Below, piece by piece: positions 9,459 through 18,789 of a stretch of DNA of 64,000 nt (positions are counted from its first letter, which is position 1; each line of letters begins with the position of its first letter). Source of the DNA: an uncultured Eubacteriales bacterium (lineage in GTDB: Bacteria; Bacillota; Clostridia; Monoglobales; CAYZNM01). The notes under the pieces are model-generated. The model worked only from the letters and a program-made list of their open reading frames with translations, searched no databases and had not been told where the DNA came from. Made by a program: the position numbers and the translations under genes. The DNA lies in assembly GCA_964479875.1 (NCBI GenBank), contig CAYZNM010000016.1:412-64411 (forward strand), read 5' to 3'.

Positions 9459-10331
9459 TTATATGTGCAGCGCAACACCTACTGCGTTGTCGGTGGATAG
9501 CTCCGGCGATGCGAAGTGTACGCCTTGCAAATGCTGCGTAAGGTAGGAGCGAATGTATCGGTTAGAGGCGACGCCGCCTACGATTAGCACGGGAATGTTT
9601 AGCTGCGCGGCAACAGTAGCTTTGTGCAGGCAACGCGCGATTGTGTCGAAAATCGCGGCAGCTACTGCCGTGGGGTCGGATTGCATAAGCTGCTCGGCTT
9701 TATTTTGTATGCCGCTTAGGTTGAAATAGCTGCCTTTCATGCTGAGTGGAAATTGGTGCGTGAGTTCGCCGCACATTTGGTCTAGCGACTTTCCGGCAGG
9801 AAACGGCAAGCCCATCGCGACGCCTGCGCGGTCGATTAGCTGCCCTGCTGATATGTCGAGTGTGCCGCCGATTATTTCGGCTGTGCCGTTGTTGTAATGC
9901 AGCAGCTCGGTTGTACCGCCGCTGATATGCCATACTAAAAGCTCGGCTGTTGCCATGTGAGGTATACATGCGGAGTGCAGTCCCGCGAGAATATGCCCCT
10001 GCTGATGCGAGCAGTAGTGCAGCGGCACGCCTAGTGTGCGCGACAGTATCGTTGCGTAGCAAATCCCTGCCGTGAATACAGGCATATACGAGCCTTCCAC
10101 GCTGCGCGGTTTATCCGATACACAGACGGCCGTCACCTTGCTGTAGTCGATGTCGGCTTCTGACATAAGCTTTGTGATGTTGGCGTTGTGCTGGAAAATT
10201 GCGTCGCTTTGGCGCAAGCCTTTGTCGCCTTGCTTAACTGTTAGCAGTATTCGCTTGTCAAGGATTATCTCGCCATCTTGCACTGCTGCAATCGACGTGG
10301 TGTAGCAGCTTGTGTCTATGCCGATTGTCAT
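9459..10331 (-). CDS. TsaD/Kae1-like peptidase M22 paralog
   Basis: GIDTSCYTT, metal motif HQQGH, HISGGTTELL, DISAGQLIDR.G..MGL.FPAG, GGVASN and STDNAVG. Short and divergent from canonical TsaD. Confidence 0.8.
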   Translation of the reverse strand: MTIGIDTSCYTTSIAAVQDGEIILDKRILLTVKQGDKGLRQSDAIFQHNANITKLMSEADIDYSKVTAVCVSDKPRSVEGSYMPVFTAGICYATILSRTLGVPLHYCSHQQGHILAGLHSACIPHMATAELLVWHISGGTTELLHYNNGTAEIIGGTLDISAGQLIDRAGVAMGLPFPAGKSLDQMCGELTHQFPLSMKGSYFNLSGIQNKAEQLMQSDPTAVAAAIFDTIARCLHKATVAAQLNIPVLIVGGVASNRYIRSYLTQHLQGVHFASPELSTDNAVGVALHI

Positions 10332-10756
10332 TGGCGTGAGTATGTGCCGAGAATGCCGTTGACAAAGTTCGCGGCTTCCTCGCCCTCATAGGTTGCGATT
10401 AGGTCGGTCACTTCGTTTATGACAACCGACGTGGGTATCGTCTTTTGGTCAAGCTCGTACATGCCGTAGCGCAGAGCGGTCAGCGACAGCGCGGTTATGC
10501 GCTCCAAGCTCCAGTTTTTGGCAAGGGGCGATATTTTGCTGTCAATTTCTGCAATCGCAGGGGTTACCCCTTCCAGCGTCGCGTTAATGTAGCCGCTTTG
10601 CACTATGTCCTGCGCAGTGACATGCGAACCGTCCTTCATGTAGGATTCGTCTATATTTGCAAGCAGCGATTCCTTAGCAGAAGCAGCGTCCATGTCGCAC
10701 AGCTGCATTTGATACAGCAGCTTAAAAACTATCTCTCGTTCCTGTTTTCGCGTCAT
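10328..10756 (-). CDS. nusB: Transcription antitermination factor NusB
   Basis: MTRKQEREIVFKLLYQ, NWSLERI, LRYGMYEL, VINEV and FVNGIL. Confidence 0.9.
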   Translation of the reverse strand: MTRKQEREIVFKLLYQMQLCDMDAASAKESLLANIDESYMKDGSHVTAQDIVQSGYINATLEGVTPAIAEIDSKISPLAKNWSLERITALSLTALRYGMYELDQKTIPTSVVINEVTDLIATYEGEEAANFVNGILGTYSRQ

Positions 10757-10789
10757 ATTTTATCTCTCTCATAAATTATCTTCCTTTAT

Positions 10790-10818
10790 ATCATACTGTT
10801 TTTTACGCTTATTGTCAA
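10790..10818 (-). promoter_or_regulatory. sigmaA-type promoter of the nusB-xseAB-ispA operon
   Basis: TTGACA (10818-10813), 17-bp spacer, TATGAT (10795-10790). Confidence 0.7.
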
Positions 10819-10819
10819 G

Positions 10820-10843
10820 AAAAACCCCTGCCGCGGCAGGGGA
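10820..10843 (-). terminator. Rho-independent terminator after GH38 gene
   Basis: CCCCTGC-CGCG-GCAGGGG hairpin followed by a T-run on the minus strand. Confidence 0.75.
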
Positions 10844-10848
10844 TTTAT

Positions 10849-13806
10849 TTAGCTTAGTTTTATTGTGTGTACTTCGAATGGGTGGAACGTCAGTGTTACG
10901 CTGCCGTTTTCGATCGTGAGCTGCTTTTGCTCGTATTCGAGAAGGTCGGTGAGTGCGCATTTGGTGAAGCGTGGGTCGATGCTTATGCTTGCGGTTGTTG
11001 CAGAGCCTTTGTTCTCGAACAGGCGTAGGATTATGCTGTCGTCGTCCTCGCACAGTTTTATTGTGTCGATTATGATGTTGGATTTATCGGCGGCGGCAAT
11101 GCGCGGAGCTGCGCCTATGCCGCTTACTTTTATTGGGGCGTTGTTGAATTCATAGGCGCGTTGCTGTACGTCGGAGGCGTATAGGTTGCCGTCGTGGGGG
11201 TACAGTGCGTAGTTGAATTCATGCTCGCCGATGTCTGCGTTCTCGCCCGGATATGTTTGCGCGCGGAGTAGGTTTAGGCTGATTACGCCGTCTTTAGCAT
11301 AGTGTCCGTATTTGCAATCGTTGAACAGCGCAACGCCGTACGCGTTTTCGCTGATGTCCGCCCATTTGTGCGCAGTGATTTCGATTTGCGCATAGTCGAT
11401 GCTTGTGTTGTTCAGCATGGTGCGCTGAATATGCCCGAATTGTATGTCGCAGTTGATGTAGTCGGAGTTTAGCGCAAGCGGGAATTCCGTGCGCAGCATA
11501 CGGTGTGTTTCGTGCCAATCAACCTTTGTCGCGAATTTAAGCTGCTTGCTGTTCGCGTAAAGTGTTACGGTCTGCGTAAGCTTGCTCGCGCCGATTTCGT
11601 AGACGGATACGCGCGTCGCAACTCCATTGCCGCAGGAATGTTGCACGCTCACAAGCTTTAATTCCTCACTCTGCTTGTCGCGGTAGTTTATCGAGAAGTC
11701 CCACGCGTCGCCGATGTCGAAGTGGATTAGCATTTTGTTCGCATATTCGCCGCACTTTATTAGCTCACGGTTCGCGGATTTATCGACGAATGAAGAAATG
11801 AAGCCGTTGTCAGAGAAGGTAACTTTTACTAACGCGTTTTCAAGCGTGGATTCGGTCGCGGTCGCTTGCTCTGCAATTGCGGCAGCGTCTGCTTCTTGTG
11901 CGAAGCCGAATGCAGGAATCGTCAGCACTTTCGCCTCGCTATCGCTTGCGATAACCGCGTCAACCTGCCACGGCAATTGGTTGAAGTACGCAGGTGCGGA
12001 ATCGGTAGCAATCGCCGATAGTGCGCCGTTGCGGACTGCAATCAACTCCTCCTCCATCTCCTTATATCTCGCCACGGATTCGTCGTACACGCGTTTTATG
12101 CTCGAGCCTGGAATTATGTCGTGGAATTGGTAGAGCAGGACTTCCTTCCATATTTTATCAAAGGTTTCGCGTGGATAGTCTTTGCCTGATTGCAAGTAAG
12201 CAAGCGTGCATACAAGCTCGGTATCGTGCAGCAATTGCTCCAACACGCGGTTGTATTTTTTATTGTTGGCTTGAGTTGTGAGCGTACCTTGGTGTACCTC
12301 CACGTAAAGCTCACCCTTGTAAGTCGGATATGTTTCAGCAGCAGGTGCGATTTGCTCGAAGAAGTCGAGTGCGGAGGTCTGCTTCACAGGATACAAGCCC
12401 GCGAGATTTTCCAAACGCTCCAGCCGCTCCAAATGCTCAGGTCCCGGACCGCCGCCGCCGTCGCCTATTCCGTAGACTAGCAGCGCGTTTTCGCAGCAGC
12501 CTTTCTCTTGGTAGTTCTTGCCAGCCTTTGCGATGGAATGCGGCAGTGCCGCACTGTTGTATGTGCCTTCCGGCGGCATGTGCGCAAGCACCGTCGTTCC
12601 GTCCAAACCTGTCCAATTGAAGGTGTGGTACGGGAATTTGTTCACCCTGCTCCAGCTTAATTTTATTGTGGAGAAGTAGTCGCAGCCTGCCTTTTTCATA
12701 AGCTGCGGAAGCGCGGCAGAATAGCCGAAAACATCAGGCAACCACAGCATTTTGCAGATTTCGCCGAACTCCTGCTTGAAGTAGCGTTGTCCGTACAGGA
12801 ATTGGCGCACGATTGATTCGCCGCAGGGAATGTTTGTGTCGAACTCAACCCATGTGCCGCCTTGCACCTCCCACTTGCCGTCCGCTACAGCTTGCTTTAA
12901 ATCGCTGTAAATTGTAGGATAGTCCTCACGCACCCAATCGTAAAGCTGCGCTTGGCTTGCGCCGAAAATGTGGGTCGGATAGCGTTTCATAAGCTCAAGC
13001 TGCGTGCCGAATGTGCGTCCGCCCTTGCGGCGCGTTTCGCGGATAGGCCACAGCCACGCGAGGTCGATGTGTCCGTGTCCCACTGCGTTGAAGGATAGTG
13101 CCGAATCGCCGCCGCGTTTGGACAGCAGTTTTTGCGTGATTGCGCGCGCTTTTGTAAGTTCCTCATCGGTCAGCTTGTATAGGCAGTCAACGGCTTTTTG
13201 TAGGTTGTACAGAATGGAAAAATAAAGCGGCGACTCGTTGTCGATACAGCCGAGCGTATCGTCCAGCACCATCATGTCGTAGTAAAGGTCGCGCACCTTG
13301 TCGTTGACAGTGCAGATTGCCAGTTTTTGTATACCTCTGCCTCCGTGATATTTGCCGAACAAGTCGTTGTTACCTGCGTCAATCCACAGGTCGATTGCTT
13401 CGCCGCCTGCAGCTTCATCAAGCAACGGAAATATTCGCTTTCCCGGCTTACCCAAGCTGTAGTCAAACTCGGACGAAACATTGGTAATGCCGCGAATCGG
13501 CGTACCGTCGCTAGTGTAAATCAATCCCTCGCCGTTTAAATCTATCATCAGCGCAATCTTTTTACCCTTAGCTTCCGCAGGCACTGTGCCTGTTACATGA
13601 AACCAAGCGCAGTCGAACAATCCGCCCCATTTGCCGCCCTCTGCGCATTCAATGCGCGTGCCGGATTCTCTCTCAGCGAACGCAACAGGCTCTGTCGTAG
13701 TGTAAGCGACAGCGTCAAGTGTACCCACCCTTGTATATACGTTATCGCGCAAAACCTCAACGCACCCATGTATTTGTGACCTCGAATGTTTATACTTAAA
13801 TTGCAT
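10849..13806 (-). CDS. Alpha-mannosidase, glycoside hydrolase family 38
   Basis: GHGHIDLAWLWP, WLPDVFGYS (nucleophile region), GDGGGGP, FHDIIPGSSI and C-terminal LNLLRA; no signal peptide. Confidence 0.95.
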   Translation of the reverse strand: MQFKYKHSRSQIHGCVEVLRDNVYTRVGTLDAVAYTTTEPVAFAERESGTRIECAEGGKWGGLFDCAWFHVTGTVPAEAKGKKIALMIDLNGEGLIYTSDGTPIRGITNVSSEFDYSLGKPGKRIFPLLDEAAGGEAIDLWIDAGNNDLFGKYHGGRGIQKLAICTVNDKVRDLYYDMMVLDDTLGCIDNESPLYFSILYNLQKAVDCLYKLTDEELTKARAITQKLLSKRGGDSALSFNAVGHGHIDLAWLWPIRETRRKGGRTFGTQLELMKRYPTHIFGASQAQLYDWVREDYPTIYSDLKQAVADGKWEVQGGTWVEFDTNIPCGESIVRQFLYGQRYFKQEFGEICKMLWLPDVFGYSAALPQLMKKAGCDYFSTIKLSWSRVNKFPYHTFNWTGLDGTTVLAHMPPEGTYNSAALPHSIAKAGKNYQEKGCCENALLVYGIGDGGGGPGPEHLERLERLENLAGLYPVKQTSALDFFEQIAPAAETYPTYKGELYVEVHQGTLTTQANNKKYNRVLEQLLHDTELVCTLAYLQSGKDYPRETFDKIWKEVLLYQFHDIIPGSSIKRVYDESVARYKEMEEELIAVRNGALSAIATDSAPAYFNQLPWQVDAVIASDSEAKVLTIPAFGFAQEADAAAIAEQATATESTLENALVKVTFSDNGFISSFVDKSANRELIKCGEYANKMLIHFDIGDAWDFSINYRDKQSEELKLVSVQHSCGNGVATRVSVYEIGASKLTQTVTLYANSKQLKFATKVDWHETHRMLRTEFPLALNSDYINCDIQFGHIQRTMLNNTSIDYAQIEITAHKWADISENAYGVALFNDCKYGHYAKDGVISLNLLRAQTYPGENADIGEHEFNYALYPHDGNLYASDVQQRAYEFNNAPIKVSGIGAAPRIAAADKSNIIIDTIKLCEDDDSIILRLFENKGSATTASISIDPRFTKCALTDLLEYEQKQLTIENGSVTLTFHPFEVHTIKLS

Positions 13807-13843
13807 ACCCTATGCCCCCATGTTAATGTATTTACTCAATTGT

Positions 13844-13872
13844 AGTATAACATATATCACATAATCATGCAA
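13844..13872 (-). promoter_or_regulatory. sigmaA-type promoter of GH38 gene
   Basis: TTGCAT (13872-13867), 17 bp, TATACT (13849-13844). Confidence 0.55.
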
Positions 13873-14036
13873 GCATTTTTATATATATTTTGCACATATA
13901 AGAAAATATATCAGTGATATGCAAGCCTTGCACCAGAATTATGTAAAACCCAATATGTCGCGGCATATTGGGTTTGTGTATTCACAACAGGTTTGGTTGC
14001 TTTATGATGAGCATTATCGCTTGCTGCGGATTATGC

Positions 14037-14405
14037 TCATTTTGGACGTTTAATATTTTTTAGAGAAATAGTTATTGCTATTATAATAGAAGCAATAATA
14101 TATGGAATTGTGTAGTAAAAAATTGCTAATAAGGTGTCTATATACTGAAACCAACTAGGATTGTTGTACTCATAGAGATATGGCAATAAAGGCACTGCCA
14201 CAAAACCAATAAATAAAAGCCATTGATTAAAAGGTCTTTTCTTAACAAAATGATAAAATCCGTATATGGTTAAACCATAAGCTAAAGCAATGAATCCATA
14301 CCCAACATTAAGCCTTGAAGACTCAATGCAGGGCATAAGAGAAAAGATAGCAGATAGCAAAGAAGGGTATGTCATATAAGTTGCTATATACAAGAACTTT
14401 TTCAT
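14037..14405 (-). CDS. Hypothetical small membrane protein, AT-rich
   Basis: 122 aa, 3-4 hydrophobic segments, GGGGGG RBS-like run upstream, visibly AT-richer than its neighbours. Confidence 0.65.
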   Translation of the reverse strand: MKKFLYIATYMTYPSLLSAIFSLMPCIESSRLNVGYGFIALAYGLTIYGFYHFVKKRPFNQWLLFIGFVAVPLLPYLYEYNNPSWFQYIDTLLAIFYYTIPYIIASIIIAITISLKNIKRPK

Positions 14406-14487
14406 TTTATACCCCCCATTCGCAACAAATACAGATAATCTTTATTAAAAAACAAGAATAAATCAAAGCTTCACATCTTCTCCAACA

Positions 14488-15495
14488 TCACATCTCATTC
14501 CATGTCTTAAACACGGTGTACACGTTATCGGGGTTTGCGCCCGGGCCGAATTCGCATTGGGCTATGCAGCCGCCGTCTTGCCATAGCTTGGCGCGGACTT
14601 CCTTTACGGCGTTGACTATGTCTTGCTCGGTGCCGTTAGGCAGCATGTGCTGACGGTCGATTTCGCCCCAGAAGGTGATTTTGCCTTTGTATTGCGCTAG
14701 GTTGTCTATGCCTATGCAGAAAATTTGTGAGTTGAAGGCGTCAAGACCCATCTCGATTAGCAGAGGGTATATTTGCGCGGTGTTGCCGTCGCTGTGCATG
14801 AAGATTTTTTTGCCGTGCTTGTGAGCGATGTCGATGTAGTCTTGGTACATTGGGCGGAAGATTTGATTCCAGATTTTGGGGTTGATGAGCAGTGCATTTT
14901 GGCTGCCCCAGTCGTCCATGAAATTGAGTGCGTCCACTTCGGTTTGCGCCCACTTTGTCATTAGGCGTTTGTAGTAGTCGTGCATTTTCTCGATAAATTC
15001 CATCATGCCTGTAGGCTGCAGCATGAGGTCGACGTACAGCTGCTCCGTGCCGCGAATGTATTGCAGACGCTCGAACGGATTCGGGCAGCAGCCTGCCATG
15101 ATAAATTTATCCTGCGCGCGGCAGCTTTCGTTCACCATGTCAGCGTCAAAGGAAAGGTGCTCCTCCGGAATGTGCACGCGGCTTACGTCCTCCCAATCCT
15201 CGTCGGTGACGATAGGGTGCTTTACTTCTCCGATGTGTCCGCGTTGCAGGTTTATGAAGTGGCAGCCCCAATCGTCGATATAGTCGCCGATTTCGCAGGA
15301 GTCGCCTACAGTTTTACAGCTTTCCGCATATGTAGTATGCGCGCCGCCGAAGTCGGACGGGAAGTCCTCAATTATCTTTTTAAGCTTCTCGCCGTGGTGA
15401 ATCTCCGCCCAAGGCAAATGCCATAGCTGGCGCGGCGCTCTCCCTGTGGTGTTGCGAAATTCTAATGTAGCCTTTACAAGCTCGCGTGATGTCAT
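14488..15495 (-). CDS. Uroporphyrinogen decarboxylase (URO-D)/MtaA-CmuA methyltransferase family protein
   Basis: MTSRELVKATLEF, D.WG, MDDWGSQNALLI.P, FMHSDG, FWGEIDRQ..LP.GT and GGCIAQCEFG. Start at 15495 after GGAGG. Confidence 0.85.
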   Translation of the reverse strand: MTSRELVKATLEFRNTTGRAPRQLWHLPWAEIHHGEKLKKIIEDFPSDFGGAHTTYAESCKTVGDSCEIGDYIDDWGCHFINLQRGHIGEVKHPIVTDEDWEDVSRVHIPEEHLSFDADMVNESCRAQDKFIMAGCCPNPFERLQYIRGTEQLYVDLMLQPTGMMEFIEKMHDYYKRLMTKWAQTEVDALNFMDDWGSQNALLINPKIWNQIFRPMYQDYIDIAHKHGKKIFMHSDGNTAQIYPLLIEMGLDAFNSQIFCIGIDNLAQYKGKITFWGEIDRQHMLPNGTEQDIVNAVKEVRAKLWQDGGCIAQCEFGPGANPDNVYTVFKTWNEM

Positions 15496-15544
15496 TGTGT
15501 GTGTCCTCCAAAATATCAATTAATATAAGTTAAGGTTATAGCAA

Positions 15545-16051
15545 TTAGGCGTTATATGAAAAATTTTCAGGTATTCTTATATATGCTCGTATATGTTCAT
15601 CTCTTTTTCGTTTAATCAAGCCGGAAAGGTTGTTTATGTTTCCTTCGGCGGCCGTTATCGCCCCCTCTTCGACCTCCACAACGATTCCGATGTGGTCGTG
15701 TTCTTTTTCGTCGAAAACGCGATTATACAAAACTATATCTCCGCGTTTCGGAGCAAAATTTTTATCATCGCCGCTATAGTATTCGATTCTTTCATCTGTT
15801 TTAGCCCAAGCTTCCCAAGCTCCGCAACCGGCTAGGTTATAAGAGCAGCCCATTGGCTTGATTGGAATGTTAAATCCGGCTTTGGAGCAGCAGTAGTAAA
15901 CAAATGCGGCGCACCACTTTCCGTCGGCTTCTTCGCTTGTAAATTTAGGGAAAGGGGCGATGATTTCCTGCAAATTCGGTTCTGTTTTCATGACATATCC
16001 GTGGAAGCATTTCAATGCTTCTGTTTTTGCTGTATCAGCTAATTTGCTCAA
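15545..16051 (-). CDS. Stand-alone CHAP-domain protein
   Basis: Putative catalytic Cys in WCAAFV and His in DHIGIV; GDIVLY and EGN motifs; no signal peptide or wall-binding module. Confidence 0.75.
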   Translation of the reverse strand: MSKLADTAKTEALKCFHGYVMKTEPNLQEIIAPFPKFTSEEADGKWCAAFVYYCCSKAGFNIPIKPMGCSYNLAGCGAWEAWAKTDERIEYYSGDDKNFAPKRGDIVLYNRVFDEKEHDHIGIVVEVEEGAITAAEGNINNLSGLIKRKRDEHIRAYIRIPENFSYNA

Positions 16052-16055
16052 CCTG

Positions 16056-16538
16056 TCACCTCCTTAGTGTTATTTCAAATTCAAATTCATGTTGAAGCGA
16101 TATGCCGTCCATGCCTATCAGTGGTATGCACGGCTTTAGCTCGCGTGAGCGATTGAGTGCATTGATGTGCACAGCTGCGAGGGTGAAGCCGTAGCGTTGG
16201 TAGAAGCGTATCGCGTGGGTGTTGTCGTTGGTGGTGCAAAGCCATAAGCGGCGGCAACCTGCTGCCGCTGCCGTTTCTTTTACTGCGCTGATAAGGCTTG
16301 TGCCTACGCCAATGCCTTCGCGTAAGCTGTTCAAGGTAATAATCTCGCACTCATCGCCTTGTATTTGGTAGGTTATCGCGCCAAGCATTTCGCCGTTTTC
16401 GGCTGCTACGAATCCGGGGCATTTCGATGTGTCGGTGATTATGCCTTTTGTCACGGATAAAGGGCCGTGCCATTCCTCTTTTATAAGTGCGTCAACTCTG
16501 CCGCGGAATGTTGTATCTATTGGTAATATCTCTAACAT
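16056..16538 (-). CDS. GNAT-family N-acetyltransferase
   Basis: EIITLNSLREGIGVGTSLI (acetyl-CoA loop), LCTTNDN..AIRFYQR.GF. Confidence 0.9.
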   Translation of the reverse strand: MLEILPIDTTFRGRVDALIKEEWHGPLSVTKGIITDTSKCPGFVAAENGEMLGAITYQIQGDECEIITLNSLREGIGVGTSLISAVKETAAAAGCRRLWLCTTNDNTHAIRFYQRYGFTLAAVHINALNRSRELKPCIPLIGMDGISLQHEFEFEITLRR

Positions 16539-16577
16539 TTTAACTCCTTATAAGCCACTGCGTATTGTTTGTTTATG

Positions 16578-17567
16578 TTATCCAATAAATATTTCGTCCG
16601 CTATCGATATAATGCTGCTTATAGGAAAGTTGGAACAGTTTGACAATATCGCCATTGTGCAACCGCTGCTTAGATAGTGTGCGACATAAGCTTCAATGCC
16701 TGTGCCGTTGCCTCCGTGATACACCTTGTTTTCATCAACAAAAAAGCCGTAGCCATAATTCGGTGAATGCAAATTCGGTTTGGCAGATAAAATAATGCTT
16801 TTCATTTCCTTTGGCACTATTTTAAAACTGTTAAGTGCCTCGAAAAAATGAACCAAATCAATAACTGTACTATAGCAACCGCCTGAACCTGTGCCGCGAA
16901 CAACGGGCTTGATGTAGTTGCATCGCCATTTTCCGTTATGCTGATAATAGCCTGTAGCTCTGTTTGAAATGGGCTCGTCGATGAATGAGAAATTGCTATT
17001 AATCATATTTGCCGCATTGAAAATTTCCTCGGTAATGTATTCACTGAATTTCTTGTTCGTTATTTTTTCTATAAGCACACCCAACACTAAGAATCCCATA
17101 TTACTGTATGACCAATTTGTACCAGGAACAAAACTTAGAGTTGCTTTCTTGATAATATCTTTATAATCACCAACATCTTCAAAAGTTTTATAGTAGGATT
17201 GATTATACGCATCGGAGAAGTAATCGCCAAGACCCGATGTGTGAGTTAATAGATTTTCAATTGCAATGTTCTCCGAAACAGACTTATCAAGCCATTCCTC
17301 GTCAATGTATAAAGATAACTTATCCTCAAATTGAACCGCTCCTTTTTCAACAAGCTGCGCTATGGCAACGCCTGTAAAGATTTTCCTGACAGACGCAACA
17401 TTGAATTTGGTGTCTAATTCATTTTTGATGTTGAAAGATTTGCAGGCATAACCGCAAGCCTTTTTATATTTAATATCTCCGTTTTGAGAAATTAATATTG
17501 TACCTGAAAAATCGTTATCTTCTGCAATTTTATTAAGCTGATTGTCCAAGTCTTTGTGTGAGAACAT
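16578..17567 (-). CDS. Serine hydrolase (class C beta-lactamase/PBP-like family)
   Basis: SxxK motif (ASVRK), LLTHTSG, YSN and HGG motifs; no signal peptide; AT-rich. Confidence 0.88.
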   Translation of the reverse strand: MFSHKDLDNQLNKIAEDNDFSGTILISQNGDIKYKKACGYACKSFNIKNELDTKFNVASVRKIFTGVAIAQLVEKGAVQFEDKLSLYIDEEWLDKSVSENIAIENLLTHTSGLGDYFSDAYNQSYYKTFEDVGDYKDIIKKATLSFVPGTNWSYSNMGFLVLGVLIEKITNKKFSEYITEEIFNAANMINSNFSFIDEPISNRATGYYQHNGKWRCNYIKPVVRGTGSGGCYSTVIDLVHFFEALNSFKIVPKEMKSIILSAKPNLHSPNYGYGFFVDENKVYHGGNGTGIEAYVAHYLSSGCTMAILSNCSNFPISSIISIADEIFIG

Positions 17568-17645
17568 TTAATGCCTCCAACTAAATACAAATAATATTCG
17601 CTGCAATATGTAACGGGAAATGCCTAGGCATTTCCCGCTTGTGTA

Positions 17646-18761
17646 TTAGTTGAAATAAATTGTTTTGCCGGATTTTGCGGATTCGTAGATTGCTTCGATT
17701 ATCTCGGATACAACTACGGCTTGCTCGGGAGTGGTTAGCGGGGTTTCGTCGTTGATTACGCAGTAGATGAATTGCTTTGCTTCGTATTGTTCTGCGGTTA
17801 AGTCTTCGCCCTTGAAGCGGTCGCGTGATGTGGAGGTTGGGTGGATTTTTTGGGTGTAGAGTGCACCGTGAACCTCGCCGTTTACGATAACGCCGTCGCG
17901 CATTTCCATGCCTGCTTTTGTGCCTGCGAAGGTTGTGCAGCCGCCGTCTTCGAGGTTGATTGCCCATGTTGCTTCAACAACCAGTGTCGCGCCGTTCTTG
18001 AACTTTACATAGCCCATTGCGGAATCTTCAACTTGGAATTCAGCAGGGTCCCAAATTCCCCAGCCGTTGGACATGTATGCTGTGTCGGCTAGCTTTCTGT
18101 ATACGCTGCCTGTTACGCTTTCAACTTCGTAGTTGTTCATAACGTAGAGTGCTGCGTCAATGCTGTGTGTGCCGATGTCAATCATCGGGCCGCCGCCTTG
18201 CTTTTCTTTGTCTAAAAATACGCCCCATAATGGCACGCCGCGTCTGCGGATTGCGGGAGCTTTGCAGTAGTAGATTTCGCCGATTGCGCCGTCTTCTACT
18301 AGCTTGCGAGCTAATTGGAAGCTGGGGGTTGAACGTGTTTGGTAGCCGATTGTCAGTTTTTTCCCGTTTTTCTTAGCTGATTCAACCATTGCGCGAGCTG
18401 CAGCGGCTGTGTGAGCCATCGGCTTTTCGCACATAACGTGCATACCTGCGTCCATGGAAGCGCACGCGATTTCGCTGTGGCTGGAGTTTGGAGTTAATAC
18501 GTAAACGATTTCGATGTCTTTTTCGTTTGCGAGTAAGTCCTTGTGGTTGTCGTAGGTGCGCGCGCCTTCGATTCCGTATTCCTTAGCGCACTTTTCTGCT
18601 CTTTCTACGATGATGTCGCAGAATGCTACAATCTTAACGTTGCCTAACTTCTTAATTGCAGGAAGGTGCTTGCCCTCAGCGATGCCGCCGCAGCCTACAA
18701 CGGCTACGTTGATGTCGCGCATGGGGCCGGATTTTGTTTCCACATTAATTGCGATAGACAT
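17646..18761 (-). CDS. Gfo/Idh/MocA family oxidoreductase
   Basis: VAVVGCGGIA, VLTPNSSH, CEKPMA and GGGPMIDIGTHSID. Confidence 0.93.
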   Translation of the reverse strand: MSIAINVETKSGPMRDINVAVVGCGGIAEGKHLPAIKKLGNVKIVAFCDIIVERAEKCAKEYGIEGARTYDNHKDLLANEKDIEIVYVLTPNSSHSEIACASMDAGMHVMCEKPMAHTAAAARAMVESAKKNGKKLTIGYQTRSTPSFQLARKLVEDGAIGEIYYCKAPAIRRRGVPLWGVFLDKEKQGGGPMIDIGTHSIDAALYVMNNYEVESVTGSVYRKLADTAYMSNGWGIWDPAEFQVEDSAMGYVKFKNGATLVVEATWAINLEDGGCTTFAGTKAGMEMRDGVIVNGEVHGALYTQKIHPTSTSRDRFKGEDLTAEQYEAKQFIYCVINDETPLTTPEQAVVVSEIIEAIYESAKSGKTIYFN

Positions 18762-18789
18762 ATTTGTGTCCCCCTAAAGTGAACTTATA

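Noticed and set aside
16578-17567. Bona fide beta-lactam resistance gene
   Set aside because: No signal peptide, and the HGG motif is typical of the broad serine-hydrolase family; resistance cannot be inferred from sequence.
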